A stretch of 64,000 nucleotides of DNA from Cenococcum geophilum (lineage: Eukaryota), in assembly GCA_050273025.1 (NCBI GenBank), contig CP158635.1, positions 5,208,001 through 5,272,000 on the forward strand, given 5' to 3'. A model generated the notes under the pieces. The model ran no database searches, was not told where the DNA came from, and was given only the letters and a program-made list of their open reading frames with translations. A program made the position numbers and the translations under genes. The number at the start of each line of letters is the position of its first letter. Within the stretch, counting starts at the first letter, position 1. Shown one piece after another: positions 50,501 to 63,606 of this stretch.

Positions 50501-53500
50501 ATATATACTGGAAGGATAATAAGGTCTTTATAATGAGCCTATATAAGATTAACTGAATTATTAATAATAGAAAGGAAAGGCTAGCTAAGGAAACTGATGA
50601 GGAACTAGTTAAACGCCTCCTTTTTACTATTTATATAGACTATAATGATATATTCTTAAAGGCGGCCTTAGATAAGTTACCCCCCTACTAGATATATAAT
50701 TATAAGATTTAATTAAAAGCTAATAACTTGCTAGGCTATAGCCCTCTTTACTATTAATTAATAGATAAGCTAAAAGTAATAAAGTAGTACTTGATTGATA
50801 ACTTGGATAAAGGGTTTATTAAGCTAAGTTAAGCCCCTTTTACTTCCCCTATCCTGTTTATAAAAAAGCCTAATAGAGGCCTTTGTTTTTGTATTAACTA
50901 TTAAAAGCTAAACGCTATTACCTAAAAGGACTAGTATTTTATTCCTTTAATTAATAAGACCCTTGTATGTCTAAGCTAGGTAAAGATCTTTACTAAACTT
51001 AATATCCGCTAAGCTTTCTATTAAATTAGGATAGACCCTATATTTAAAGATTTAATAACGTTTTGTACCTATTATAGTTTCTATAAATATAAAGTTCTTC
51101 CTTTTGGACTAATAAACGGACTAGCTATATACTAAAGGTATATAAATAATGTTCTTTTTAATTATCTTAATAAATTCTGCACGGTATACCTAGACGATAT
51201 TTTTATATACTTGGATAATAAACTTGAGTATTAAGTTTATATTAAGAAGGTTCTGGAGAGACTACGGAACGCGGGCTTATAAGTTAATATTAAGAAATGC
51301 GAGTTTGGGGTAAAACGTATAAAATACTTTAGGTTTATTGTGACTATAGAAGGAATTAAGGTTAACCCTAAGAAGGTAGAGGCAATTTATAACTGGAAGC
51401 CCCCTTATATAGTAAAAGGAATTTAATCCTTTCTTAGCTTTTATAACTTCTACTACCGGTTTATTTATAACTATAGAATTATAGTAAAACCTTTTATACG
51501 ACTAACCAGGAAGGATATACCTTTTGTTTTTAATAATAGCTATATAGAAGCCTTTAAAGAGATAAAGGATTGGCTTATTTCTTTTCTAATCCTTTATTAC
51601 TATAACCTAGACCTTAAATTAATACTAGAAACGGACGCCTCTAATAGGGTTGTAGTAGGAATCCTATTACAGTTATATCTAGACGGCGAATGGTACCTTA
51701 TGGCTTTCTTTTTAAAGATAATAGACTTAGTTAAGTGTAACTATAAAGTATATAATAAAGAAATGCTAGCTATTATTTAATTATTTTTTTAATAGTGTGT
51801 AGAGCTTAAAGGTACGAACTCCTGAATTAAGATATATACAGATTATAAAGCCCTAGAGTACTTTATAACTATAAAGTAGCTTACTAGATAATAAGCCTAG
51901 TGGGCTAAAATACTCTCCTAATTCTTTTTTACGATTATATATTGTTCTGGTAAGTAAAACTTTAAGGCTAATACTCTAACCTAAAGAGAATAAGATATAG
52001 GACCCTAGGATAAGCTAAAGACCTAATATTAAACGCGTGCCCTCCTTTATCTAGAATAGCTTAATCTACGGATCCTTAAGGAGCTAGACTTCTAGTAAAA
52101 CGAGCTAGTATTAATAAAGGAGTCTTTAGATAAGCTAATAGGGCTAATTGACCGCCTTTTAACTGTAAATTGTATAGCTGACGCCCTAAGGGCCCTTCGC
52201 GAATAAGCTATAAAAGGAGACCCTAATTTTAAGACGGAGGAAGGATTGCTCTTATATTAGGAGCGGCTTATAGTCCCTAATATTAATAATCTACGGACTA
52301 AACTAATCCGCGAAGCTTATTGCTAAGTCTTTATAGTATATCCTGGTAAGAATAAGACCCGTAAAATTATTAACTACCGCTACTATTAGCCGAGAATGGT
52401 TGCGGATATTAATTAATATATATAGAACTGCGAAGACTGCTAGAGGGCTATAATCCCATAGGATAAGACCCTAGGACTACTTAAGCCACTTTTAATACTA
52501 GAGCGCCCTTGGTAGTATATCTCTATAGACTTCTATAAACTACTTAGGGACTGTAATAGATACGATATGGTTATAGTTATAGTTAACCGCTTTAGTAAAC
52601 ACCTGTTTTTAATTCCCTGTTATAAGAATATTAATGCTAAAGAGGTAGCCTGGCTATATATCTATTATGTCTACTAAATCTACGGACTACTAGATACTAT
52701 TATATCTAATTATAGGCTATAGTTTATATCGGCCTTCTAGAATAAGTTTACCTAGATTTTAGGCATTAAGCTAAAGCTTTTTATAGCTTATTACCCCTAG
52801 ACAGACGGTTAGATAGAGATTATAAATTAGTACCTGGACTAGAGGCTTAGGCCCTTTATTAACTATTTCTAAGATAATTAGTCTAAACTACTACCCTTAA
52901 TAGACTACGCGTAAGCAACCCTATCCTATAACTTTATAGGGTAAACCCTAATTTAGCTAGAAATGGGATACTTACCCCGTATAAGCTTTAACTAAAAAAG
53001 GCTAGAAGAACCCTAGACTTTATAAGAGAAGCTATTCTATGCTAAGGCCTAATAGTATACTAAATAATTAGAGGAAGTTTAGACGGTAGCCCGCAAAAAC
53101 CTAGAAAAAGCTTAAAGGTTAATAGAATAGTAGGCGAACAAACACCGTTAAGAGCCCGATTTTGCCCCTAGTAATATAGTCTGGGTTATAATAAGGAATT
53201 AGAAGACTAAATGACCTAGCTATAAGCTGGACTACTAAATAGTAGGACCGTATAAGGTTTTTAAAAAGATAGGTAACTCGTATAAGATAAAGCTCCTAGA
53301 TTTAATTAGGGTTTACCCTATTTTCTTACTAGATAAGTTACAAAAAGCTATAAATAACTTATTGCCTAGATAAAAGAACAAGCCTCCCCTACTAGTTTAA
53401 GTAAACGGTAATAATAAATGGGAGGTTAATAAAATACTAGCCTATAAGATAGTATGGGGAACGCTAAAATACTATATCTAATAGAAGGGCTATAATCCTA

Positions 53501-56500
53501 ACCTAACTTAGTACCCTATATAGAACTTTATAGGCTGCCCCTAGAAGCTTAAAGAGTTCTATAACTAATACCCTAATATGCCTAGACCCCTAAAGTACCT
53601 AGACAAATGGATAGAATGCTAGTATAATAAAGATAATAAGTTACTAGAAGAATATAGGGATAAAAACGCCCTAGAGCCCTAATATAGCTATCTGCCAAAT
53701 TCTGCCATATTTTGCTGTTTTCTGCTAGTACCGTAAAATTTTAGATATCTAGGAACTTTGACCGCCGGTTAAAGTTGTCTAATTAGTTAGATCCGTGCTA
53801 AGACTTTTAATGGCTACTTTTTCTAGCCTAGTGCTTCTACTTAGCCCACAATCGCCCTTTATACTTAGTCTAGATATACTTATATCCCTTTTGTCTCCTT
53901 ATCTTATATTTTATAATCCTATATTTATAAGCCTAGTGCTACCCTATTTCTAACTAAGCCTAAGGGCAGGCTTTCTTTTAAAGAGGGGGGTGATGTAACG
54001 GCGCTATCGCACGTTACCTGCTAAATTTTGCCATATTCTGCTGACCTGCGATTGGCCCGCCTAAAGCTAGCGCCTTAGCGGCTTACCTTATATATTTGTT
54101 TATATTGGTCCTAGCGACCCCTTTTCCTTCTCTTTAGCTTAGTATTTTCGTAATATAGTATTCTACAAGCTTTGGTTTAGAGGCATTTATACAAGCCGTA
54201 ATAAAGGGCTCCTATAGAGGATTAGGTATAAAATCTCTACTTAGGCCCAGTTTCTATAGGTTTATATAGTAAAAGTCGCTAATTATGTCCTTTGCGTTTT
54301 TAAAGTCTTCCCATAGTTACTATTCTGGCTAGTTTATATTAAATCCTATATATATAGCTCTGTAGTAGAGCCGTTATCCTCTACCTTTACTAAAGTATTT
54401 AGAGTTAATAATTCGTTTAATGGTCCACTCCTTATGGTTTTTATCTTTATTCTTATCTTAGATTAGTACTAGTAGGGGTTTAGGCTATATCTACCCTAGT
54501 AAGGGGTTAGGCTAATAGAGGTATAGTAGCTATAGGTAAAATATAGGCTATATCCTATAGGTGGCTAGGGCAAGTAGGAGCTCTAGCTTATATACGGCTC
54601 CCCTATTAATAACTTATTTAATTAAATAGGGGCTAAGGTTCTTATAATTAAGTAACTTTATAGGCCTTTATATAGAGATATTATATATATCTAGCTATAC
54701 CTAGTTGCCAACACGTATCTCTGGTAGTGGCGTTCTATAATAGTTGGTAAAGTAGGCCTATTTTACTTAAGCCTAGGCTATTTCTTCCTTGCAGTAGTTA
54801 AGTAGATTTTTTATACAGTCTATATACTAGTTAGTAAATAGCATCTTAAAGCGTTTTCTATATAGTGGTTTTTTATTAATAGGTTCTAGTGGCTCTATAC
54901 TAGATTAGGGGTAATAACCCTTATTCGCGAAGAATGGGGTAAGTCCTGTAGTAGTTAAAACGTAGTTATTCGCTACAAATTTACCTAGTTATCTTAACTA
55001 TAGGCGACTACCTATTATAGGTACGCTTTTATACTAGTATTAGCGTTTTCTAATTACCTAGCGGTTTTATAGTAGAAGGATATAGATATCTTAATAGAGA
55101 TGCTAAGGCATTAGCAGATTTGTCTCTATATTAGAGTTAAATTATATACCTTAGTCGGACGTAATTAAGTTAGGTAGCCTATATAGTCGGTAGATTTTAT
55201 AAAGAAAGGCGTTAGTAACGTCGCTAATAGCTACGCCTTTAGTTAGGACGTAGTGGCGCTCTTTTATAAGTCGGTATATTATTATAAGGATGTTCTTATA
55301 AGTACGGCCGTGTTGTTTATAGGGTAGTAGGTTAATAATTAAATCTATAGTAATATCTGCCTATTGTTATATAGGTACTAGTAGAGGGTATAGTAGTCCT
55401 TAGTACTTTATATTAAAGGCTTTAGCGCGCCTATAACTGTAGTAGGCGCCTATAAAGCGTTTAACTAAGTCTATTATTTTTAGCTAGAAGTAGTATCGGC
55501 TAAAAAGCTTATAGGTCCCTTCTTTACCTAGGTAGCCGCTTAATTGGAGGTTATAGGCTATTTAGATTAGTTGCCGTTATAGATTTTCTAAGTTAGGGAT
55601 AAATAGACGGCCTCTATAATAGAGCCTGTTCTCTTTTACTTCTAAGGCTGCTATATTAATCTAGCTTAAGCTTTAGAGGTTAGTAGGTAGTATATGGGCG
55701 CTAGCAGTCTTTACGGCGATAAGTTAATACAGTAGTAGGTTAACAGAGGTATTATATACTATAGTAATAAGCTTATTAATTTTAGGAGATAACTCTAGTT
55801 CTGTAGTATAAAGCTAAGGTATAGTTAGCTCTATTATAGGTAGTATACCTAGGGCCAAATTTCGTGCTTTTAGGATTGTTTATTATTGGAACTAATTATA
55901 GGGGTTATTTTTAGACTAAGAAAGGTCTTGCGAGTGGCGTGTTAGGCTATTAGGTTTAGTACCTTATACTCCTAATCTATATATAATTTTAAAGTTAAAA
56001 CTAAAGAGAAACTCGTTTTAACGTGCCTAGTATTAATTTAGCTGCTTTATAGTTATAAAGTACTTAAGGTTACAATAGTCCGTAAGGACTTTAGTTAGCT
56101 AGTTAGGCTCTACTAAGGAGAGTTCTAGTTAGAATTCTTTAAACGCTTATATAATTATAAGAAGTTCTTTATTATAGATCTTATAGTTATACTTTTATAG
56201 TATAAGCTTAGACAAGTAAAATATAACTAGGTAAAGGAGACCGTTATTACCTATTTAGGAGAGGATGCCTATGTTTATATAGTTTAAGGAGTTAGTTTTA
56301 AGATAGAGTTGTTATCCTAGTATAAAGTAAGCTAGGATAGGTACTTTGGTAAAGGTATTTTTAAGGTCTTAGAACGCCTTCTTATATTTAGGCATCTAGG
56401 TAAAGTATAGGTGCGTTTTTCTTCCTTTTATAGAAAGGCCCTTTGTTTGCATTATTGCTATAAGTAGTATTACTACGCCTAAGAAGTTGTATATAAATTT

Positions 56501-59500
56501 CTAATAGAAGTTAGCGAAACTAAGGAAGGCTTATATATTCTTAATACAATTAAGGGCTTGCTATTTGGTAATTATATATACTTTCTTAGGGTCTATACAG
56601 ACACCCTTAGTAGTAATAATTAGTTTAAGGTATTTTACTTCTATAACTAAGAATTTATATTTCTTTAAATTAATATAAAGTCCTACGTCCTTAAGGCGCT
56701 ATAGGACCTTTTAAATATATTTAGTATACTTAGAAGGGTTATTACTATAAATAAGTATATTATCCAGGTACGTAGAGTAGAAGTTATTAAAGTAGTCCTA
56801 TAAGGCGTTATTAATATAGCTTTAAAAGGTGCCTAGGCCGTTATATACGCCGAAGGGTATAATAGTATATTTAAATTAGCTAAAGCGCGATATAAATGCG
56901 GTTTTCTATTTATTACCTTCCCGTATTTAAAAATAGTTAAAGGCAGCGATAATATTAAGCTTAGTATAAATTTTGGCTTAACTAAGCTGCTTAAAGGTCT
57001 TACGTATAAGCGGTACTAGGTATCGGTTTTTAATTATAATAGCGTTAAGTCCTTTATAGTTAATATAGAATTAAATACCTCCTTTTAGTTTTTTAGCGAG
57101 AAGAATAGGGGCGGCTACTAGTAATATACTAGGACAAATAAATCCTTTATTAAGGTGCTCGTTAATATACTTTTTTATAACTAAAAGTTCGTCTTTTAAT
57201 ATTAGGTAGGGTCTCTTATAAGGTAGCATTTTTCTTTATTTAATATTAATGGTATAGTTATTATATTAATATAGAGGGAGTGTATCTATGCCCTTTTATA
57301 AGCATATATTAGTAAAGTTATAGTACCTTTTAAGGAGGAGCTTACGGAGTTCCTTATTAGTAAGTCCTTTTTAAGCTTTATAAACTTCTTAAAGTCTAAA
57401 GGTAAAAGTCCATAGAGTTCTATAGGGGCGTCGTCTTTTATAAGGTCGACTATATCTATCCTATTACTATAGAGGATATAGTCCTATTCTTTATTAAGCT
57501 TATATAGTTATAATTAGGAAGCTGCGGTAACAGTTTAGCCTTTCCTATATACTATACGGTAAAAGGCCGGGCACTTATATAGTAGTAGTTAGTTATAGAT
57601 AAGGTAATAAGGGGTTCTATAGGTTAATATCCTAGGGAGTAAATAGAGGCGGCTAGGCTATACCCTAGGTAAGTCTCTCTATAGTATTTAGAGTTAAAGA
57701 TTACTTCTTTTTTCTTCCAGTTAATAGCGGGGTTATATTATTTAAGCTAGTTTATTCTAAGGATAATAGGGTAGTTAGTAAGTAGTATAATATAGGCCTA
57801 GAGTTCTTCCTGGTGCCTATTTATATCTAGGTAGAGTTATACTATATAGGTAATCTTCTATATGGTATAGCTACCGTTAGTAAGTTATAGGGCGCGGGCT
57901 TTAATAAGAAGTAAGGTAAGTAGATTATAAGTGTATACAAATTAGGTATCTGTAAATTTATTAGTAGCTCCGCAATTAATTATAGAACGGCTTTTATATT
58001 GATTTTTAGTAGTAGTTCCTATTATAGATAAAACCATCTATTTCTATCTATTTATCTTTACTAAATTATTTATTAAGCAGGCTGATATATAGATCCCTCC
58101 ATTATTAGGGTGTTTTAACCTATGACTTAGAGCTAGGACTTAGCGTTTTCCACTTCTATATCCAACTCTACCGCTATTACTATATCTTTATCTTATACGG
58201 TAGTGGTATATAGCAATGTATTTAGTATTTGGGGTATTAGGCGGCGGCTACTAAACCTAGCTATTAGGCAGTTTGGGTTATTATAATAGCAGCCTTCTTA
58301 ACGGCATCTATAGCAGCATTCTAGTTTCTAGAGTAGCTCGCGCTCTCTATCTAGGAGTTTTTATAGGAAGGTTAGTATAGACAAATTGATATTAGCTCTA
58401 GTAGCACTTAAGGTAATAGGCGTTAGTGGCTTATATATAGGTTTAGTAGGCCTAGAAGGCTTTTATAGAGAGGTCTTTAAGCAAGGGTTAGTAGTAGTAA
58501 TCTAATTTAGTTGTCGTTCGATCTTCCGTAAAGCTACTACTATATTATAAATATTGTTATAGTTATAGCTAGCGGCTGCGTAACTAAGGCGATAAGTAAC
58601 TTTTTTAAGGAGGTCCTTCTAGTCTTTAGTATTATCTTAGATAAGGGCTCTAGGGTATTCCTAGAATTTAATATAGAATTTATTAAATAATTTAGTAGGG
58701 TTTATCTTTAGGGTACGTAGTTTAGCTTAGCTAGTGGCCAATAGGTTATAGTCGCGGTATATTAGGTTAAAATTATTGAGGACTTTTTAGTAGAACTACT
58801 ACTTCTAGGGGCTATTAGTTTCCCATTAGGCGAAGAGTCTGTTAAATAGTATACTCTTTATTCGCCTAATAATATAACCAATCTTAATATCTTCCGTAGG
58901 AAAAAGGTAGGCGCTCTAGGTTAGTTTTTTACGGATTTATATTTTCTAGTAGCTATATTCCTTGCGGTCTCCCTAAAAAACTAGGGGATTAAGGTAGCAT
59001 ATATTAGACCCTATAGTAATAGCTTAGGTTTAATTATTATGGCTTTTATTATTGCTGCTTTAGTAGGGGTTCCTATTAGGTAAGGCTGCTTAGCGCTAAC
59101 CCTCCGTTAAGCGTTAAGTAGGTAAAGTTACTAGGGGCGTAGAGACTTAGGTAGCGTTATATATAATAAAGAGGTGTCTAGCGTTATTATAAATGTGCTT
59201 ATTAAGCTAAAATTATAAGTATTTAATTGTGCCATCTTTTTTAGTAACCGTAGTAATAAGTGCAATCTTAGCCTTCTTTAACTGTTAGACGTCGTGTTTA
59301 AACATATAGAGGTCGTCTTTAGTCTCTTAGCGTGTGTTATTAGTAAGCGCCTTATAAGTTTGCAGGTCTTAGATAATATCGCAATCTTAAGCAGTACGCA
59401 TTTTAGCTCGTATAAGCTTTAGGTGGTAGTTCTATAAAAGGCGGTAGTATTTATTAGGTTCTTATGCTACCTTTTTTATAAACATCTCGGCGTCTTATAT

Positions 59501-60075
59501 TTCAATTTTAATAGGTAGTAGCTCTTCCGCTTGCTTATCCGTAGTTATATAGTTAATAAAGGATAAAATATGATCGATATCTACCTTATTAAGGTTATTA
59601 TAATCTTTTAAGCCACTAGGCTTCCCCTTAGGGGTTAAAGCTAGGGCTAATAAGTTAAATTCTCCTAGGGTTAATTAGCGGCGTAGGTTAAGTATAGGTA
59701 TTGGATTATTCTTTAGTTTAATACAATGGCTAGTAAGGAATATTATCTTACTATTATAGGTTCCTTAGAAGTATAGAGTAGGGTAACTTATAAACACGCT
59801 GCTTTTAGCAGCGCCTACGGTATTACAAAGACGTAGAATTAGTCGTAGGCTAAGTGTTAGTAGTAAAAAAGGCGTAATATAATATTACGGGACGGGGGTA
59901 GTAGCTATAGAGCGTATGTATTTAAGGAGTCTATAAGACGTTACGCGATTAATTATAAGGGTTGAGGGCGTAAGGAGGTAATATACCTACGCGTAGCTAA
60001 TATAAGCTGTACGTAAGGTGTATATAAGAGCACGAGGCTCTCCTATAGAGGCCCCTACGGTAGGGTTCCGTAATA
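47520..60075 (-). mobile_element. Ty3/Gypsy element D1 nested in the C1 integrase
   Basis: 193-bp LTRs 47520-47712 (3') and 59883-60075 (5'); TSD AATAT; reverse-complement PPT after 47712; degraded pol on the minus strand 54209-58100 (YLDD-like ~56765). Confidence 0.9.
48019..54203 (+). mobile_element. Ty3/Gypsy chromovirus A2 nested in the D1 3' region
   Basis: 210-bp LTRs 48019-48228 and 53994-54203; TSD AAGGG; PPT AAGAGGGGGG; YLDDI at ~51190, ETDAS at ~51630; leader and gag closely match A1. Confidence 0.93.
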
Positions 60076-60849
60076 AATATCTAAGGCATTATATTAATTA
60101 TGCATAGAATAATTAGGTATTATTATTACTAGTTATATAGTTTATATACAATATAACGCCACAAAAAGGAATAGGTATATTACTATTTAAGGTAAATTAC
60201 GGATATAAACTAAGAATATTATTATTACTATAATAAGTAAAGAAAATAAGTAGTACAGCTAAAGAAAGAATAAAAATGTTAATAAATCTTTATATAGACC
60301 TTATAGAATTAGTAAAAAAAGTATAAAAAAGAATAAAAAGGTACTATAACGCTAAGAGATCTAAGGGACTAGATCTTAAGGAGGGGGATAAAGTATGGCT
60401 ATTATATAAAAATTTTAAGAGTTAACGACTAAGTAAAAAGTTAGACTATGTTAAATTAGGACCTTTTAAAATTACATAAAGGATTTTACTAGTTATATTT
60501 AAGTTAAACCTACTAGCTAAAATAAAAATATTCCTTATATAGTATATTATAATGCTAGAGCTAGCATACAGAAATGTTAAGCTACTAATTTATAAGGTAG
60601 ACACGTATAGAGGATAAAAGGAAGACAAATAGCAAGTTTTAGGGATTATTAGTTATAAGGATATTAACAATAAAATATAGGTTAAGGTTAAGTGGATAGG
60701 CTATAATAAGACTACCTAGGAGCTATTATAGAACTTAAAGAATGCTATAGGAAAGGTATAGAAGTATTAAAGAAAAATAGGTTAGGTAATATTAAGAAGG
60801 AGCTAAAGATAAAGGGATTAGTTAAAGGTAATAGACAAGCCAAATTACC

Positions 60850-61460
60850 TAAAGGATCTACCGCTAGCGTATTTTCCGCCTTAACTTAACTGGAATCCTT
60901 TTTAGCCTTTTTAGCCTTAAGCTTACGGAGACCTTACTCTATTAAACGGTACTCTTTAGAGCGGACTTTCTTATAAACCTTCTTAAGATAAATTAATTAA
61001 GCAAATATAGTCTAATAAAGCTTAAATGTGTAACGCTAAGCTTCTAGGAGATAGGTAAACTCTTTAGAGGAATAACGGAGCTTATTATAAGCTGTAATAA
61101 GAGAGTCCTTAAGCTTTTTAGCTTTGGATTAAATATGGGACCCTATAGTAAATTAGATAAGGAAGTTAAAAACTTTAAAGACTAATAAAACGCGTATATT
61201 TAGCGTTAGAGACGGATTAAATATCGTAGGATAACCGTATATTCGCTTTTATGCACCTAGTATAAAAAGAAGGTTGGTAACTGGATAAAGCCGTAATCGC
61301 AATATATACTAATTTCTTCTCCGCATAATAAGAATAGGACGGCATAACTTTACTAAAAGAAAGGATCTTAAGTACCACACAATTATAACAATTAGTGGAC
61401 GAGGATAAAGTTACCTTTAGTATAATAAGTAACAATAAAGGTTATTAAATTAAAGATGGG
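60850..61460 (-). pseudogene. Antisense Cys-rich accessory ORF of Gypsy C1 (RIP-degraded)
   Basis: ORF-track 61217-61435 reads MPSYSYYAEKKLVYIAI..QPSFYTRCIKANIRLSYDI. TAT/TAC codons at these positions are RIP-compatible with Cys, giving a CxxC..C..CxxC..C pattern. Confidence 0.55.
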
Positions 61461-62404
61461 AATGCTATACCTCTAATAAACAACTTAGAGATGTAAGATA
61501 TCTTTAAGGACGAAAATAAAGAGGAGGGGGATAGTATTATGGACCTTATATTAGCAGTAATAGAACTACTAAGAAGGGATATAAATAGACTAGTAGTAGA
61601 AGTACGGGAGGTGCTGGAACTAGTAAAACTATAGGATAAGAGGTAGTTAAGTTATATAATAAGTTACGAAAGGAGATCTGTTAATCTATAAGATCTATAA
61701 GATCTATTTATATACCTTACGTACTTAGTATTTCTTAGGCGCAGTATTGTGTATTTAAAGGACTATAGTCCCTACCTAGATAGTTCTCTTCTTTGTAGTG
61801 AATCTTAGAATATAATTAGAGTTAATCTATTAGGCGACTACTCTACTAGTTATTTGCGTTGTTGGCTAATCTATACCTATATACCTAGCCCATTAACAAG
61901 TCTACCGTAGTATTTCCTATAAGGCTTCGTTACATTAAGCCCTATAATCCCGCTATTTATAATTTCTATAGCACCTATTATAGAACCCTAAGAGACTCTA
62001 ACATTTAGTAAAGGGGTAAGGGCCTATTAGACGATATAAAGTTGCCATATAAGCCTTATAAGGCTAGTATTAATTAGCTCTTTACTTTATATAAGTAATA
62101 TAAGGGCCTCCCTATCTATACCTACTTCTCTAATATACCCCCCACCTAAGCCTCTATATTAATTACTAGTAAAGCTTTGACCTTCTCCTATTTATCCTAA
62201 GAGTAGTTAGTTATATAGGTATATTATATAAAAAGTAGAGTTTACTTATAGTATAGTAATATTACCTAAGAATATCTTATATAGTAAAATGGAAAGTATA
62301 TTAGATAATTATATTTTCTAATTCTAAATAAGGACAATATTAGTGGGATTTAAACTTATAATCTATTAAGTTTAAAGTTAGTATATATTTACCTACGCCA
62401 CCTA

Positions 62405-62783
62405 CGTTAGGAGAAAATTTACCAGCATCTAGCCAATATTTCGCTGCATTTTGCTACATTAAAAAAGACTATAGGCAGCTATATTTATATATTATATATT
62501 AATTTTTTTTAAATTACCTATAAATTATATAAGTTATTCTACTTCTAAAAAAAGTTAAAAAAAAAAAGGTTTGAAAATTTTTACTTTTTTTAAAAATAAT
62601 TTCGAAGTAGAATAACTTATATAATTTATAAGTAATTTAAAAATAATTATATAATATACTATATCTAATACACTATTTAAAAATAATTATATATATAATA
62701 TAAATATAGCTGCCTATAGTCTTTTTTAATGCAGCAAAATGCAGCGAAATGCTAGCTAAATGCTAGTAAATTTTTTCCTGACG
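62405..62783. mobile_element. Foldback MITE with TA TSD (Tc1/mariner type)
   Basis: Long inverted arms CGTTAGGAGAAAATTTACCAGCAT.. / ..ATGCTAGTAAATTTTTTCCTGACG, with a further internal inverted segment; flanked by TA on both sides. Confidence 0.8.
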
Positions 62784-63606
62784 TATACGCCTTTAGTAGT
62801 TACCTTTTACCTAAAATTATTTTATTTATATACTCCCCTCCCCTACTTTAGTATTATATAATATATCCCTTATATAACTATAAGAGAGTACTTATAATCT
62901 TATAAGCTGCCTAGTCCTTTACGCACTCTAATACCTTAAGTATTTGTAAAGTAGTTCTTATACAATCCCATAGAACGCAACGTTAAACCCCTAAAAATAC
63001 TCTCTTTAGCTTATTACTTATTCTAGGTATTAAAAAAACTTTAATTATAAGCTATAAGAATTATAGAAATCTTATATACTAAAGAGGCTAATTTTACTGT
63101 TAAATAGCTGTTATATAGCTATTAAGCAAAATTAGATTCTTATTAATATAGTTATTAAACTTATCTAGACTCTATAGATAAGTATACTTTAAATAATACT
63201 AAAGATAAGCCTTATAGAAGGCAGAGAGGTTTTCTTTAAACTCTAAAGGCGACTTTTAAGTTTTCTTAGTTGCGTACAATATAGTTAAACCTAAAATTAT
63301 TGCTTTCTTGCAAAATCTCTTCTATTACTTTTATACGCTAAAGAGCTTCTTTTCTCCTTTAACTATGATATAATTATTCTAATCTTTTAAGAAAGTCGGA
63401 TAATACTCTAGATTAAAAACTCGTACTGCTAGATAGTAGGGGGAATTATCTAGTTTCTTAACGCACTTTATAAGCTTTTTCTTAGCATATTAGATTAAGG
63501 AGCTATAAACTTATCTATATAATTACAGCACCTGGTATACTAAACGCGTGTCTACGCGTTTGGTGTACTAACTACCTGTTTATAAAGTACTAACTAATTA
63601 AGGGGA

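Larger units (their letters stand above)
35662..61934 (+). mobile_element. Ty3/Gypsy chromovirus C1 (host of the LINE and of D1)
   Basis: LTRs 35662-36079 and 61535-61934; TSD TTAAG; PPT GAGGAGGGGG 61521-61530; gag ATG ~36119, protease LIDSG ~44960, RT YLDD-like ~45920, integrase split at 47520/60076, chromodomain ~60630-60770. Confidence 0.92.

Noticed and set aside
61940..63520. Possible RIP-degraded gene fragments around the 62.4-kb MITE
   Set aside because: No recognisable motif could be reconstructed by eye; left unannotated.
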